DNA of 64,000 nt, from NCBI GenBank assembly GCA_050920955.1, contig JBPBQS010000159.1:2272-66271 (forward strand), read 5' to 3'. Positions 37,596 through 46,167 of the stretch are shown piece by piece. Numbering within the stretch: the stretch's first letter is position 1; each line of letters opens with the position of its first letter. The notes below the pieces were generated by a model. The model saw only the letters and a program-made list of their open reading frames with translations. It was not told where the DNA came from and searched no databases. The translations under genes and the position numbers were made by a program. Source of the DNA: Janthinobacterium lividum. Lineage in GTDB: Bacteria > Pseudomonadota > Alphaproteobacteria > Acetobacterales > Acetobacteraceae.

Positions 37596-37761
37596 GGCTC
37601 CGCCTCAAACTCCGCCAAGGGAAGCCCCTTGGATGGCTTCCCTAAGCAAGGCCAGTCCAGGGCGGCTCGCCCTGGCGGGTTTGGGCGTAGCTGGCCAAAG
37701 GTTCCGACGACCCCCTTGGGTCGTTGGAAGGCCAGCGGAGGGAGAGCCCATGCTTGCTACC
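37581..37761. repeat. mosaic hairpin repeat copy 11 (composite with nested ~55-bp insertion)
   Basis: The left arm ends CCTAAG. The right arm GCGGGTTTGGGC|AGAGCCCATGCTTGC is interrupted by an extra hairpin module, CCGACGACCCCCTTGGGTCGTTGG. Confidence 0.85.
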
Positions 37762-39640
37762 CTTCGCGCTTCGCCTCCCGCGGCGCCCCTCCCCGCTCTA
37801 GCGTCAGCGCGGTGGCCACGAGTGCCACGTGCGAGAACGCCTGCGGGAAGTTGCCCACGAGCCGCCCGGCCTTGGGGTCGTACTCCTCGCTGAGCAGCCC
37901 GACGTCGTTGCGCAGGGCGAGCAGGCGCTCGAACAGGGCGACCGCGTCGTCGCGCCGCCCGTCCAGCGCGTAGGAGTCGGCGAGCCAGAAGGTGCAGGCG
38001 AGGAACGCGCCCTCGCCCGGCGCCAGGCCGTCGACGCTGCTCTCCGTGCGGTAGCGCAGCACGAAGCCGTCGACGAGCAGGTCCTTCTCGACGGCGGCGA
38101 TGGTGGCGACGACGCGCGGGTCCTCCCACGGCAGGAAGCCGACCTGGGGGATCAGCAGCAGGCTGGCGTCGAGGTCCTTCGAGCCGTAGCTCTGCGTGAA
38201 GCAGCCGCGCTCGGCGTCGACGCCGTTCTCGCAGATCTCGGCGTGGACCCGGTCGCGCAGCGCCTTCCAGTGGTCGACGGGGCCGGCGAGGCGGTGGCGC
38301 GTGGCGGTGCGTATGGCGCGGTCGAAGGCGACCCAGACCATGACCTTGGACAGGGTGAAGTGCTTGGAGCCGCCGCGCACCTCCCACATGCCCTCGTCGG
38401 GGAGCTGCCAGATGCTCTCCAGGTGCTCGAGGATGGCGCGCTGCAGGCCCCAGCCGCTGCGTGGCTGGCTCAGGCCGCCCTCCAGCGCCTGGTGCAGCGC
38501 GTCCATCACCTCGCCGTAGACGTCGAGCTGGAGCTGGCCGGACGCGGCGTTGCCGACGCGCACCGGCGAGGCGCCCTGGTAGCCGGGCAGCCAGGCGACC
38601 TCCCACTCGTCGAGCCTGCGCTCGCCGGCCAGGCCGTACATGATCTGGATCTGGGCGGCGTTGCCGGCGATGGCGCGGTGCAGCCAGTCGCGCCAGGCCT
38701 GGGCCTCGTCGAAGTAGCCGGCCTGCATGAAGGCGAACAGCGTCAGCGTGGCGTCGCGCAGCCAGCAGTAGCGGTAGTCCCAGTTGCGGCCGCCGCCGAG
38801 CTGCTCCGGCAGGCTCGTGGTGGCTGCGGCCGCGATGCCGCCGGTGACGCTGTAGGTCAGCGCCTTGAGCGTGAGCAGCGAGCGCAGCACCGCCTCGTGG
38901 TACGGCCCGGCGTAGGTGCAGCGCGCCGACCACGCGCGCCAGAACGAATCCGTCGCGGCCAGCGCCGCCTGCGGGTCGATCGCCTCGGGGAGCGGCAGGT
39001 GCGAGGGCACGTGCTGCAGCACGAAGGGCACGCACTGGCCGGTACGGACGTGGAAGTTCGCGGCCGTGACCATGTCCTCGCCGCGCAGCTTCACCGCGGT
39101 GCGCAGGACCACCATCTCCGGCCCGGCGATCGCCTGGACGCCGGCGCCCCCGGGCAGGCGCGTGACCCAGGGCACGGAGGTCCCGTAGTCGAAGCGCAGG
39201 CCGAGCCGCATCTGCATGTCGACGTGCCCGGTGCGGCCCTCGACGACGCGCACGATCGCCGAACCCGTCCCGCCCATGGGCATGAAGTCGGTGACGGCGA
39301 CGCTGCCGGTGGCGGTGGTGAACACGGTCTCCAGCACCATGCTGCCGGCCCGGTAGGCGCGCGTGGCCGTGGCGGCCTGGTCGACGGGGGCGAGCAGCCA
39401 GCGGCCGTTGTCGGTGGTGCCGAGCAGCGCCGCGAAGCACGCGCCGCTGTCGAAGCGCGGCCAGCACAGCCAGTCGATGGAGCCGTTGCGCCCGACCAGC
39501 GCCGCGGTCGTGGTGTCGCCGATCAGCGCGTAGTCCTCGATCGGCAGCGCCTGGGCGGGCGCGGGCCTCGCGGGCGGCGCGCCATCCTGGGCCGGACCCG
39601 CGGGATGCGCGTCCGGCGGCGTCTGGGCAGCCTGGGTCAT
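37757..39640 (-). CDS. glycoside hydrolase family 15 (glucoamylase/trehalase-like)
   Basis: N-terminal IEDYALIGDTTTAALVGRNGSIDWLCWPRFDS and a six-hairpin C-terminal region; 627 aa. Confidence 0.88.
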   Translation of the reverse strand: MTQAAQTPPDAHPAGPAQDGAPPARPAPAQALPIEDYALIGDTTTAALVGRNGSIDWLCWPRFDSGACFAALLGTTDNGRWLLAPVDQAATATRAYRAGSMVLETVFTTATGSVAVTDFMPMGGTGSAIVRVVEGRTGHVDMQMRLGLRFDYGTSVPWVTRLPGGAGVQAIAGPEMVVLRTAVKLRGEDMVTAANFHVRTGQCVPFVLQHVPSHLPLPEAIDPQAALAATDSFWRAWSARCTYAGPYHEAVLRSLLTLKALTYSVTGGIAAAATTSLPEQLGGGRNWDYRYCWLRDATLTLFAFMQAGYFDEAQAWRDWLHRAIAGNAAQIQIMYGLAGERRLDEWEVAWLPGYQGASPVRVGNAASGQLQLDVYGEVMDALHQALEGGLSQPRSGWGLQRAILEHLESIWQLPDEGMWEVRGGSKHFTLSKVMVWVAFDRAIRTATRHRLAGPVDHWKALRDRVHAEICENGVDAERGCFTQSYGSKDLDASLLLIPQVGFLPWEDPRVVATIAAVEKDLLVDGFVLRYRTESSVDGLAPGEGAFLACTFWLADSYALDGRRDDAVALFERLLALRNDVGLLSEEYDPKAGRLVGNFPQAFSHVALVATALTLERGGAPREAKREG

Positions 39641-39896
39641 GCGGGTCGGCTCCGGAAAGGTGGCGTGCTGATAGCAGATCGCGGCCGGGCCAGGGCAGGC
39701 CCGCGCGCCGAATCCGGCCCGCGCCTGCCCCGGCCGGGGGCGAAGCCGGCGCCGTGCGGGGCGTGCCGGCAGCCCGGCCTTGACATCGGGGCCGCGCGGC
39801 CCTCTTTACGGCGCCTGCGCGCGTTCCGGTTTTCGGGCGTGCCGGTGCCGGGTTCGCCCGGGGCCGGCCTGCTGCTCCGGGATGCGGGGCGGCCGC

Positions 39897-39973
39897 AGGG
39901 GTGTAGCTCAATTGGCTAGAGCGCCGGTCTCCAAAACCGGAGGCTGGGGGTTCGAGACCCTCCACCCCTGCCA
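39897..39973 (+). tRNA. tRNA-Trp (anticodon CCA)
   Basis: Cloverleaf drawn by hand: acceptor AGGGGTG/CACCCCT, anticodon stem CCGGT/ACCGG with loop CTCCAAA, T-loop TTCGAGA, encoded CCA. It holds the classic position upstream of secE-nusG. Confidence 0.9.
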
Positions 39974-40012
39974 GCCGGCCCGCCGTGCGCGGGCGCGGCC
40001 ATCCAGCGGGGT

Positions 40013-40216
40013 ATGCATACTGTGGCGACAAGTCCGGCGAAGTTCGTGCGCGAGGTCCGCGCCGAGGTGGGCAAGGTCACCTGGCCGTCGCGCAAGGAAA
40101 CGATGGTGACGACCGGCCTGGTGCTGGGGATGGCGGGGCTTGCGGCCGCGTTCTTCTTCATCATCGACCAGGTGATCGGGCTTGGCGTCCGCCAGCTCTT
40201 CCATGGCGGCTTCTGA
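40013..40216 (+). CDS. secE: preprotein translocase subunit SecE
   Basis: 67 aa with the FVREVRAEVGKVTWPSRKE motif and a single TM segment. Confidence 0.92.
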   Translation: MHTVATSPAKFVREVRAEVGKVTWPSRKETMVTTGLVLGMAGLAAAFFFIIDQVIGLGVRQLFHGGF

Positions 40217-40228
40217 GGAGTCTGGCCG

Positions 40229-40759
40229 ATGACCAAGCGCTGGTACGTGGTCCATGTCTATTCCGGCTTCGAGAAGAAGATCGCCCAGCAGATCAAGGAG
40301 CAGGCCGCCCAGAAGGGCTTGGCCGACCTGATCGACGAGGTGCTCGTCCCCGCCGAGGAGGTGGTCGAGCTGCGCCGCGGCCAGAAGGTCAACGCGGAGC
40401 GCAAGTTCTTCCCCGGCTACGTGCTGGCGAAGATGGAGATGACCGACGACACCTGGCATCTCGTCAAGGACACGCCCAAGGTCACCGGCTTCCTCGGCAC
40501 CAAGACGCGCCCCAGCCCGATCTCCGAGGCAGAGGCCGACCGCATCCTCAAGCAGAGCGCCGAGGGCGTTGAGAACCGCCGCCCCGCGATCCTGTTCGAG
40601 ATCGGCGAGCAGGTGCGCGTGGCCGACGGCCCGTTCACCAGCTTCAACGGCACCGTCGAGGAGATCGACGAGGAGAAGGGCCGCGTGAAGGTCAGCGTCT
40701 CGATCTTCGGCCGCTCCACCCCGGTGGAACTCGAGTACAGCCAGGTCGAGAAGGCCTGA
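40229..40759 (+). CDS. nusG: transcription termination/antitermination factor NusG
   Basis: NGN domain (WYVVHVYSGFEKK) and KOW domain (GEQVRVADGPFTSFNGTV). Confidence 0.97.
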   Translation: MTKRWYVVHVYSGFEKKIAQQIKEQAAQKGLADLIDEVLVPAEEVVELRRGQKVNAERKFFPGYVLAKMEMTDDTWHLVKDTPKVTGFLGTKTRPSPISEAEADRILKQSAEGVENRRPAILFEIGEQVRVADGPFTSFNGTVEEIDEEKGRVKVSVSIFGRSTPVELEYSQVEKA

Positions 40760-40799
40760 GCACGACGCCGGGCCCCCGCGCGGGGCCCGGCGCGACGCG

Positions 40800-41264
40800 C
40801 TACTTCTTCGCGGGCTTGTCGTCCGCGTCCTTGCCGGCCTTCGCCTCGTGCGCCGCCTTGGCGGCCCCGTGCAGCTCGCCGTCCTTCGACGCGCCCGTCT
40901 TCGTGTCGGACTTCGCGTCGGACTTCGTGTCGCCCTCGCCGGTGTCGGCGGACTCGGCCGCGGACGTCAGCGCCTCGCCGAGCGCCTTGATCTTTTCGGC
41001 GTTCTTGCTGTCCGTCTTGGAGGCGATCGCGACCGTCTCCTTGCCGAGCTTCAGCACGAGCTTCCTGACCTGCTCGGCGTGGATCGGGTCGGCGTGCAGG
41101 TGCTTCTTGAGGTTCTCGAGGTCCTTGACGATCGCCTTCGCCGCCGGCGAGTCGATCTTCTCCAGCGTGGCTTCCCAGCCCTCGATGTTCTTCGTGGCGG
41201 CGGCGATGGTGAAGCCCTTCAGGCCGTCCTTGATGTGCTTGATGGTGGCGTCGAACTGCGGCAT
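40800..41264 (-). CDS. hypothetical Lys/Ala/Asp-rich helical protein
   Basis: 154 aa starting MPQFDATIKHIKDGLKG. Its composition differs from the neighbours, with many AAG Lys codons. Confidence 0.55.
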   Translation of the reverse strand: MPQFDATIKHIKDGLKGFTIAAATKNIEGWEATLEKIDSPAAKAIVKDLENLKKHLHADPIHAEQVRKLVLKLGKETVAIASKTDSKNAEKIKALGEALTSAAESADTGEGDTKSDAKSDTKTGASKDGELHGAAKAAHEAKAGKDADDKPAKK

Positions 41265-41494
41265 GCGGCGTTTCCCTGCGGCGAGCCTGCCGCGTTGATC
41301 GCGGCGGCGTGCTCCCCACAGCGCCCCACCCCGGCCCAGGTTGCCAGAATGTTCGCCCAGCCCCGCGCCGGTGTGGCACATCCGCCGCAGCCCGCGCGGC
41401 GCGGCCTTGCGCTTCGCACCGCCGCACCAAACGACCCGGATCGTCGCGCGGGCGGAACGGGCGGCCCGCGATCCGGGGCCGCCGATCCGGCGTC

Positions 41495-41749
41495 CTAGTG
41501 GGCGCTGGCCGCCCCGGCGCCGCCGCCGTTGCCGCCCTTGGCGCCGTTGAGCGGGGAACCCGACGAGGTGCCGCCGCCCGCCGGCGTCCCGGCGCCCGAG
41601 GTCGTGGCCGCCGCCGTGCCGACCGCGGAGTTCCCGCCGGCCGGGGCGCCGCTGACGCTGGTGCCGTTCCCCGTGGGCGTGCCGCCCTGCGCGCACCCCG
41701 CAACCGCGAGGCCCGCGAGAAAGACCGCCATCGATCCGATCATGCGCAT
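41495..41749 (-). CDS. small Gly/Thr/Ser-rich lipoprotein
   Basis: Starts MRMIGSMAVFLAGLAVAGC (lipobox), followed by a low-complexity tail. Confidence 0.5.
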   Translation of the reverse strand: MRMIGSMAVFLAGLAVAGCAQGGTPTGNGTSVSGAPAGGNSAVGTAAATTSGAGTPAGGGTSSGSPLNGAKGGNGGGAGAASAH

Positions 41750-42005
41750 CGTGCACTCCGTTGTTCGAGAGGAAGCAGGTTCCGGCGGGACGTGATCAGG
41801 CCGCCCCTGCCCCGCCGGCGGCAGGGACTCCCGACCCATGACCCGGGACGGCGCGGCACGTCGTTACGGTCCCTGGACGAACCGGCACGGCGCGTCAACG
41901 CCCGCGCCGATGACACCGGGCAGGGACGGCGTCGCCGATGCCGGACCGTGCGCCGCGGGATCGCGCCGGCCGTCTCCCCGCCGCAGGATGCGGGCCGGAG
42001 CCGCC

Positions 42006-43313
42006 CTAGCGCCGCCCGATCCCGGTGTACTCGAAGCCCGCCTCGCGCAGCGCCTGCGGGTCGAACACGTTGCGCAGGTCGACCACCACGCGCCCCGCCA
42101 TGGCGCCTGCCAGCGCCGCGGGGGCGAGAGCACGGAACTCGCCCCACTCCGTGACCACGACCAGCGCGTCGGCCCCCTGCGCCGCATCCAGGGCCCCCGT
42201 GCAGTAGGCGACCTCGGGCGGCAGCATGGCGCGCGCCGCCTCCATGCCGACGGGGTCGAACACCCGCACCTTTGCCCCGGCCTCGACCAGCCGCCCCACG
42301 ATCGGCAGCGACGGCGCGTCGCGCATGTCGTCCGTCTCCGGCTTGAACGTCAGCCCCAGCACCGCGATCGTCCTGCCGTGCACCGAGCCGCCGCACGCCT
42401 TGACCACGCGCGCCGCCATCGAGGACTTGCGCGCGTCGTTCACGCCCACGGTGGCCTCGACCAGGCGCGACGGCGCCCCGTGGTCCTGGGCGATGCGCAT
42501 CAGGGCCAGCGTGTCCTTGGGGAAGCACGAGCCGCCATAGCCCGGCCCGGGGTGGAGGAACTTGCGGCCGATGCGCCCGTCCAGGCCGATGCCGCGGCTG
42601 ACGTCGTGCACGTCGGCGCCGACCTTCTCGCACAGGTCGGCCATCTCGTTGATGAAGGTGATCTTCATCGCGAGGAACGAGTTGGCCGCGTACTTGACCA
42701 GCTCCGCCGTCTCCAGCCCGGTGAACAGGATCGGCGTCTCGATCAGGTACAGCGGGCGGTACAGCCGGCGCATGACCTCGCGCGCGCGCTCGGTCTCGGC
42801 GCCGATCACGACGCGGTCGGGCCGCTGGAAGTCGCCGATCGCCGAGCCCTCGCGCAGGAACTCGGGGTTCGACGCGACGTCGAACTCGAGCGCGGGGTTG
42901 GCGTCGCGCACGATCTGCTCGACGCGCCGGCCGGTGCCGACGGGCACGGTGCTCTTGGTGGCGATGACGACGTAGCCGGTGGCGGCGCGCGCGACCTGCT
43001 CGACGGCGGCGTAGACGTAGGAGGTGTCGGCGTGGCCGTCGCCGCGGCGCGAGGGCGTGCCGACCGCGATGAACACGACCTCGGCGCCGGCGATGCCCTC
43101 GGCGATGCCGCCGGTGAAGCCCAGGCGCCCTGCGGCCACGTTGTCGGCGACGAGCTTGTCCAGCCCCGGCTCGTAGATCGGGATGCGCCCGTTCTGCAGC
43201 GCGTCGAGCCGGCCGGGATCGGCCTCCACCACCGTGACGGCGATGCCGAGGTTGGCGAAGCACGCCCCCGACACCAGCCCGACGTAGCCGCCGCCGATCA
43301 CCGCAATGCGCAA
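42006..43313 (-). CDS. ugd: UDP-glucose 6-dehydrogenase
   Basis: IAVIGGGYVGLVSG NAD fold and catalytic GGSCFPKD. A TTG start at 43313 is assumed; the track start is 43352. Confidence 0.9.
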   Translation of the reverse strand: MRIAVIGGGYVGLVSGACFANLGIAVTVVEADPGRLDALQNGRIPIYEPGLDKLVADNVAAGRLGFTGGIAEGIAGAEVVFIAVGTPSRRGDGHADTSYVYAAVEQVARAATGYVVIATKSTVPVGTGRRVEQIVRDANPALEFDVASNPEFLREGSAIGDFQRPDRVVIGAETERAREVMRRLYRPLYLIETPILFTGLETAELVKYAANSFLAMKITFINEMADLCEKVGADVHDVSRGIGLDGRIGRKFLHPGPGYGGSCFPKDTLALMRIAQDHGAPSRLVEATVGVNDARKSSMAARVVKACGGSVHGRTIAVLGLTFKPETDDMRDAPSLPIVGRLVEAGAKVRVFDPVGMEAARAMLPPEVAYCTGALDAAQGADALVVVTEWGEFRALAPAALAGAMAGRVVVDLRNVFDPQALREAGFEYTGIGRR

Positions 43314-43402
43314 CAGCCGTCTCCTTGCAACCCTCGCGAGCAGGAAGCACACCCGGCCCGCCGAATCCAGCGCGACGCCCCCCTTGCCCCGCTTCCGGAA
43401 TG

Positions 43403-43455
43403 GTTTCCAAAGGGCGAGCCCTTTGGCCGGTCCAGGGCGGCGCCCTGGCCTTGCC
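43403..43455. repeat. mosaic hairpin repeat copy 12 (fragment)
   Basis: GTTTCCAAAGGGCGAGCCCTTTGGCCGGTCCAGGGCGGCGCCCTGGCCTTGCC. Confidence 0.75.
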
Positions 43456-43503
43456 TTGGCCTCAGAACCGCCGCCTCAGAACCGGCGCCTCAGCCCGGGC
43501 GCG

Positions 43504-44805
43504 TCAGGACCGGCTGTCGGGCGAGACGACCATGCAGCTGCCGTGGCCGTGGCCGAGCTTCTCGCAGGCATGCACGGCGCCTTCGCGCGAGAGCCCGGTG
43601 ACGCGGGCGCGGTACAGCGTGGCGCCTGGGCCGTGCACGCCGGCGACCGCCTGGTGAGCCTGGCCGAGCTTTGCCGCGGCGCGTGCCTGGCCGGCGGCGG
43701 CGCTGGCCTGGGTCTGGTTGCCGTAGGCGCCGACCTGGATCGCCCAGTTGCCGGCGCCCCCGGCCTGGTGCGGCACGGCCTCGGCCATGGCCGGCGTGAA
43801 CAGATGGGCGCCGCCGTGGCGGGCCGCGAACGCCGCGGTCTGGAAGCTCGGCGCGGGGGCGAGGGCGCCGTGGCCGCGGGTGGAGGCGACCTGCGCGGGC
43901 CGCGCGGCGAAGCCGGACCAGGCGGGCGGCTCGGGCATGCGGTCGCGCGCGGAGAGCCGCTCGGCCTGGCGCTCGCTGCGCGCGGCGTACTGGTGCGGGG
44001 CGCGCGGCTCGGCGCGGGCGACGGCCACGGGGCGGGGCGCGCGGACGGGCGGCGGGGCCGCGTCCTCCTCGCCGGCGTCGGCGACCTCGGTGGCCTCCTC
44101 GGGCGCGGCGGTGGGCACGTGGTTCATCGCCAGCATGTCGGCCTGGCTGCGGTTGTTCGGGCTGGCGTCGCGGATGTAGGGCGCGATCATCGCGACATAG
44201 CGGCGCGTCTCGGCCGGCAGGTGGCGGCCGCGCGTGAGGTAGGCGTCGAGGTTACCGGGGCCCGCGTTGTAGGCCGCGAGGAAGCCGGGCGAGCCGTACA
44301 CGTCGTACATCTGCCGGATGTAGGCGGTGCCGGCGAGGATGGAGTTGTGCGGATCGTAGGGGTCGTTGCCGATGCCCTCGAACTGGCCGCGCATCTCGTC
44401 GAAGGTGGCCGGCATCACCTGCATCAGGCCCATGGCGCCGACGGGCGAGGTGACCAGGGAGTCGTTGTGGTAGAGGCGCCCGCCCGACTCGACGCGCATC
44501 ACCTCGCGGATCCAGCGGTCCGGCACGTCGAAGCGCGCGGCGGCCTCGGTGATGTAGGGCCCCCAGGGGTCCTCGGCCGGACCGGGCGGCGAGTAGTCGG
44601 TGCGGGCGTGCGCCTCGTACTGCGCGGCCTCCTGGGTCTCGGAGAGCTGCACGGGCGCGTGGCTGGCGCAGGCGGACAGCAGCGCCAGCGTGCCGGCCGC
44701 GCCCAGGAGGCGCAGGCGGGCCAGGGCAGGCGGGCGGGCCACGACAAGCGCCTGGGGCGGGAGCGCGGACGGATGGGGAGCCTGGGCGGGAAGGGGGCTG
44801 GGCAT
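43504..44805 (-). CDS. lytic transglycosylase (SLT domain) with C-terminal SPOR domain, lipoprotein
   Basis: Lipobox LLSAC and an SLT core (VMRVESGG, GLMQVMP, AYNAGPGN). The C-terminal SPOR-like segment reads WAIQVGAY...YRARVTGL. Confidence 0.85.
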   Translation of the reverse strand: MPSPLPAQAPHPSALPPQALVVARPPALARLRLLGAAGTLALLSACASHAPVQLSETQEAAQYEAHARTDYSPPGPAEDPWGPYITEAAARFDVPDRWIREVMRVESGGRLYHNDSLVTSPVGAMGLMQVMPATFDEMRGQFEGIGNDPYDPHNSILAGTAYIRQMYDVYGSPGFLAAYNAGPGNLDAYLTRGRHLPAETRRYVAMIAPYIRDASPNNRSQADMLAMNHVPTAAPEEATEVADAGEEDAAPPPVRAPRPVAVARAEPRAPHQYAARSERQAERLSARDRMPEPPAWSGFAARPAQVASTRGHGALAPAPSFQTAAFAARHGGAHLFTPAMAEAVPHQAGGAGNWAIQVGAYGNQTQASAAAGQARAAAKLGQAHQAVAGVHGPGATLYRARVTGLSREGAVHACEKLGHGHGSCMVVSPDSRS

Positions 44806-45025
44806 CCGGCGAAAGCCTCCATCGTGGCGGGACTGCGCGGCCGCGCGAGGATGGCCCGCAGCCCGCGCTGGGGATGCGGCCGGTGCGGCAGCCCGGGCGG
44901 CCGCCGCTCACGTGGCCCGTCAGGAACTCTGTCTAACCCCTTACAGGCGGCCGATGATCGAGGCAACCGGAAGCTGTGGGACACGCGACGGGACGGCCAC
45001 ACCGTGCCGGGAGCGACACGATCGC

Positions 45026-45122
45026 GCAAGGGGCAGGCCGGCGCGCCTGCCAGGACTGCAAGGGGCGGGCCGGCGTGCCCGCCAGGGGCGTGCGGGGGGC
45101 CGGCGTTGCCTGCCCCGGCGCG
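45026..45122. repeat. three tandem ~32-bp imperfect units upstream of wzm
   Basis: GCAAGGGGCAGGCCGGCGCGCCTGCCAGGACT / GCAAGGGGCGGGCCGGCGTGCCCGCCAGGGGCGT / a degenerate third unit. The first two units each contain a 7-bp inverted repeat. Confidence 0.6.
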
Positions 45123-45143
45123 AAGGAGTATCCGCGACCCGCC

Positions 45144-46007
45144 ATGAGCATCGCCCTCGATCATCCGGCCCCGTCCCTGGTGGGTTCCCACCTGGACCTG
45201 GAGGCCGTCTCCACCCGCCGCGCCCGCGACCGCCTCGCGGTGCGCGACGTCGCCGACGGGATGCGCCTGTGGCGACTCGCGGTGACGCTGGGCTGGCTCG
45301 ACATCAAGCTGCGCTACCGCGGCTCGGTGCTGGGCCCGTTCTGGCTGACGCTCTCGACGGCCGTGATGGTGGGCGCGCTGGGCGCGGTCTACAGCACGCT
45401 GTTCGGCATGAACCTGCGCGAGTTCCTGCCGTTCATCGCCGTCTCGCTCGTGATGTGGAACGCGGTCGGCACGCTGATCGGCGATGCCTGCGCCGCCTTC
45501 ACCCAGGCGGAGGGCACCATCCGATCGGTGCGCATGCCGTTCTTCCTGCACGCCATCCGCGTCGTGGTGCGCAATGCCCTAATCCTTGCGCACAACGTCG
45601 TGGTGTTCGTCGTCGTGTTCGCGGTCTACGGGGTGCTGCCCGGCGCCGAGGCACTCATGGCGCTGCCGGGCCTCCTGCTGTGGGTCGTCGACGCCTTCGC
45701 GACCTGCCTGCTGCTGGGCACGCTGTGCGCGCGCTTCCGCGACATCCCGCCGATCGTGGGCTCGATCGTGCAGATCGCCTTCTACATCACCCCCGTCATG
45801 TGGAAGCCCGAGCAGCTCGGCACGCGCGGCTGGTGGCTGCCGCTCAACCCGTTCGACGGCCTCCTCGAGGTCGTCCGCGCGCCGCTGCTCTCGCAGCCGA
45901 TCTCCCCGCTCGCGTGGGGCACGGCGCTCGGCTTCAGCGTCGTGCTGTGGGCGATGGCATGGGTCGTGTTCGCCCGCGTGCGCTCGCGGCTGGCGTTCTG
46001 GGTGTGA
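45144..46007 (+). CDS. ABC-2 type polysaccharide export permease (Wzm/KpsM-like)
   Basis: DIKLRYRGSVLGPFWLTL signature and six TM segments. Confidence 0.85.
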   Translation: MSIALDHPAPSLVGSHLDLEAVSTRRARDRLAVRDVADGMRLWRLAVTLGWLDIKLRYRGSVLGPFWLTLSTAVMVGALGAVYSTLFGMNLREFLPFIAVSLVMWNAVGTLIGDACAAFTQAEGTIRSVRMPFFLHAIRVVVRNALILAHNVVVFVVVFAVYGVLPGAEALMALPGLLLWVVDAFATCLLLGTLCARFRDIPPIVGSIVQIAFYITPVMWKPEQLGTRGWWLPLNPFDGLLEVVRAPLLSQPISPLAWGTALGFSVVLWAMAWVVFARVRSRLAFWV

Positions 46008-46015
46008 GGGCGGTG

Positions 46016-46149
46016 GGAAGAAAGCAAGGCCAGAGGCTCTGCCTCTGGACTCCGCGCAAGGCTCGCCTTGAGAATCCAATACTTAAGTCATGGGATCAAA
46101 GGGTCCTCGGACCCTTTGCGGGTTTGGGCAGAGCCCATGCTTGCTTGCC
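46016..46149. repeat. mosaic hairpin repeat copy 13 (full; between wzm and wzt)
   Basis: GGAAGAAAGCAAGGCCAGAGGCTCTGCCTCTGGACTCCGCGCAAGGCTCGCCTTGAGAATCCAATACTTAAG + inverted AAAGGGTCC-type arm. Confidence 0.93.
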
Positions 46150-46167
46150 TGCCTTCAGGGCCGCGCC

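Noticed and set aside
32812-37608. A 1598-aa ORF that would make a giant protein.
   Set aside because: Only the C-terminal 851 aa (from MTQPSD at 35367) look like a real Pat-type protein. The N-terminal 747 aa are antisense read-through of the esterase and the hypothetical gene on the + strand.
39780-39808. A perfect TTGACA hexamer about 115 nt upstream of tRNA-Trp, as a possible promoter for the tRNA-secE-nusG operon.
   Set aside because: The sequence 17 nt downstream (TCTTTA) is a poor -10 element. Without transcription start data this is too weak to report as a feature.
43461-43498. A short direct repeat, GCCTCAGAACC x2 plus GCCTCAGCCCG, just downstream of the SLT-SPOR gene.
   Set aside because: It is only about 11 nt per unit, imperfect, and adjacent to a degraded repeat fragment (copy 12). 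It is most likely a remnant or slippage product without independent significance.
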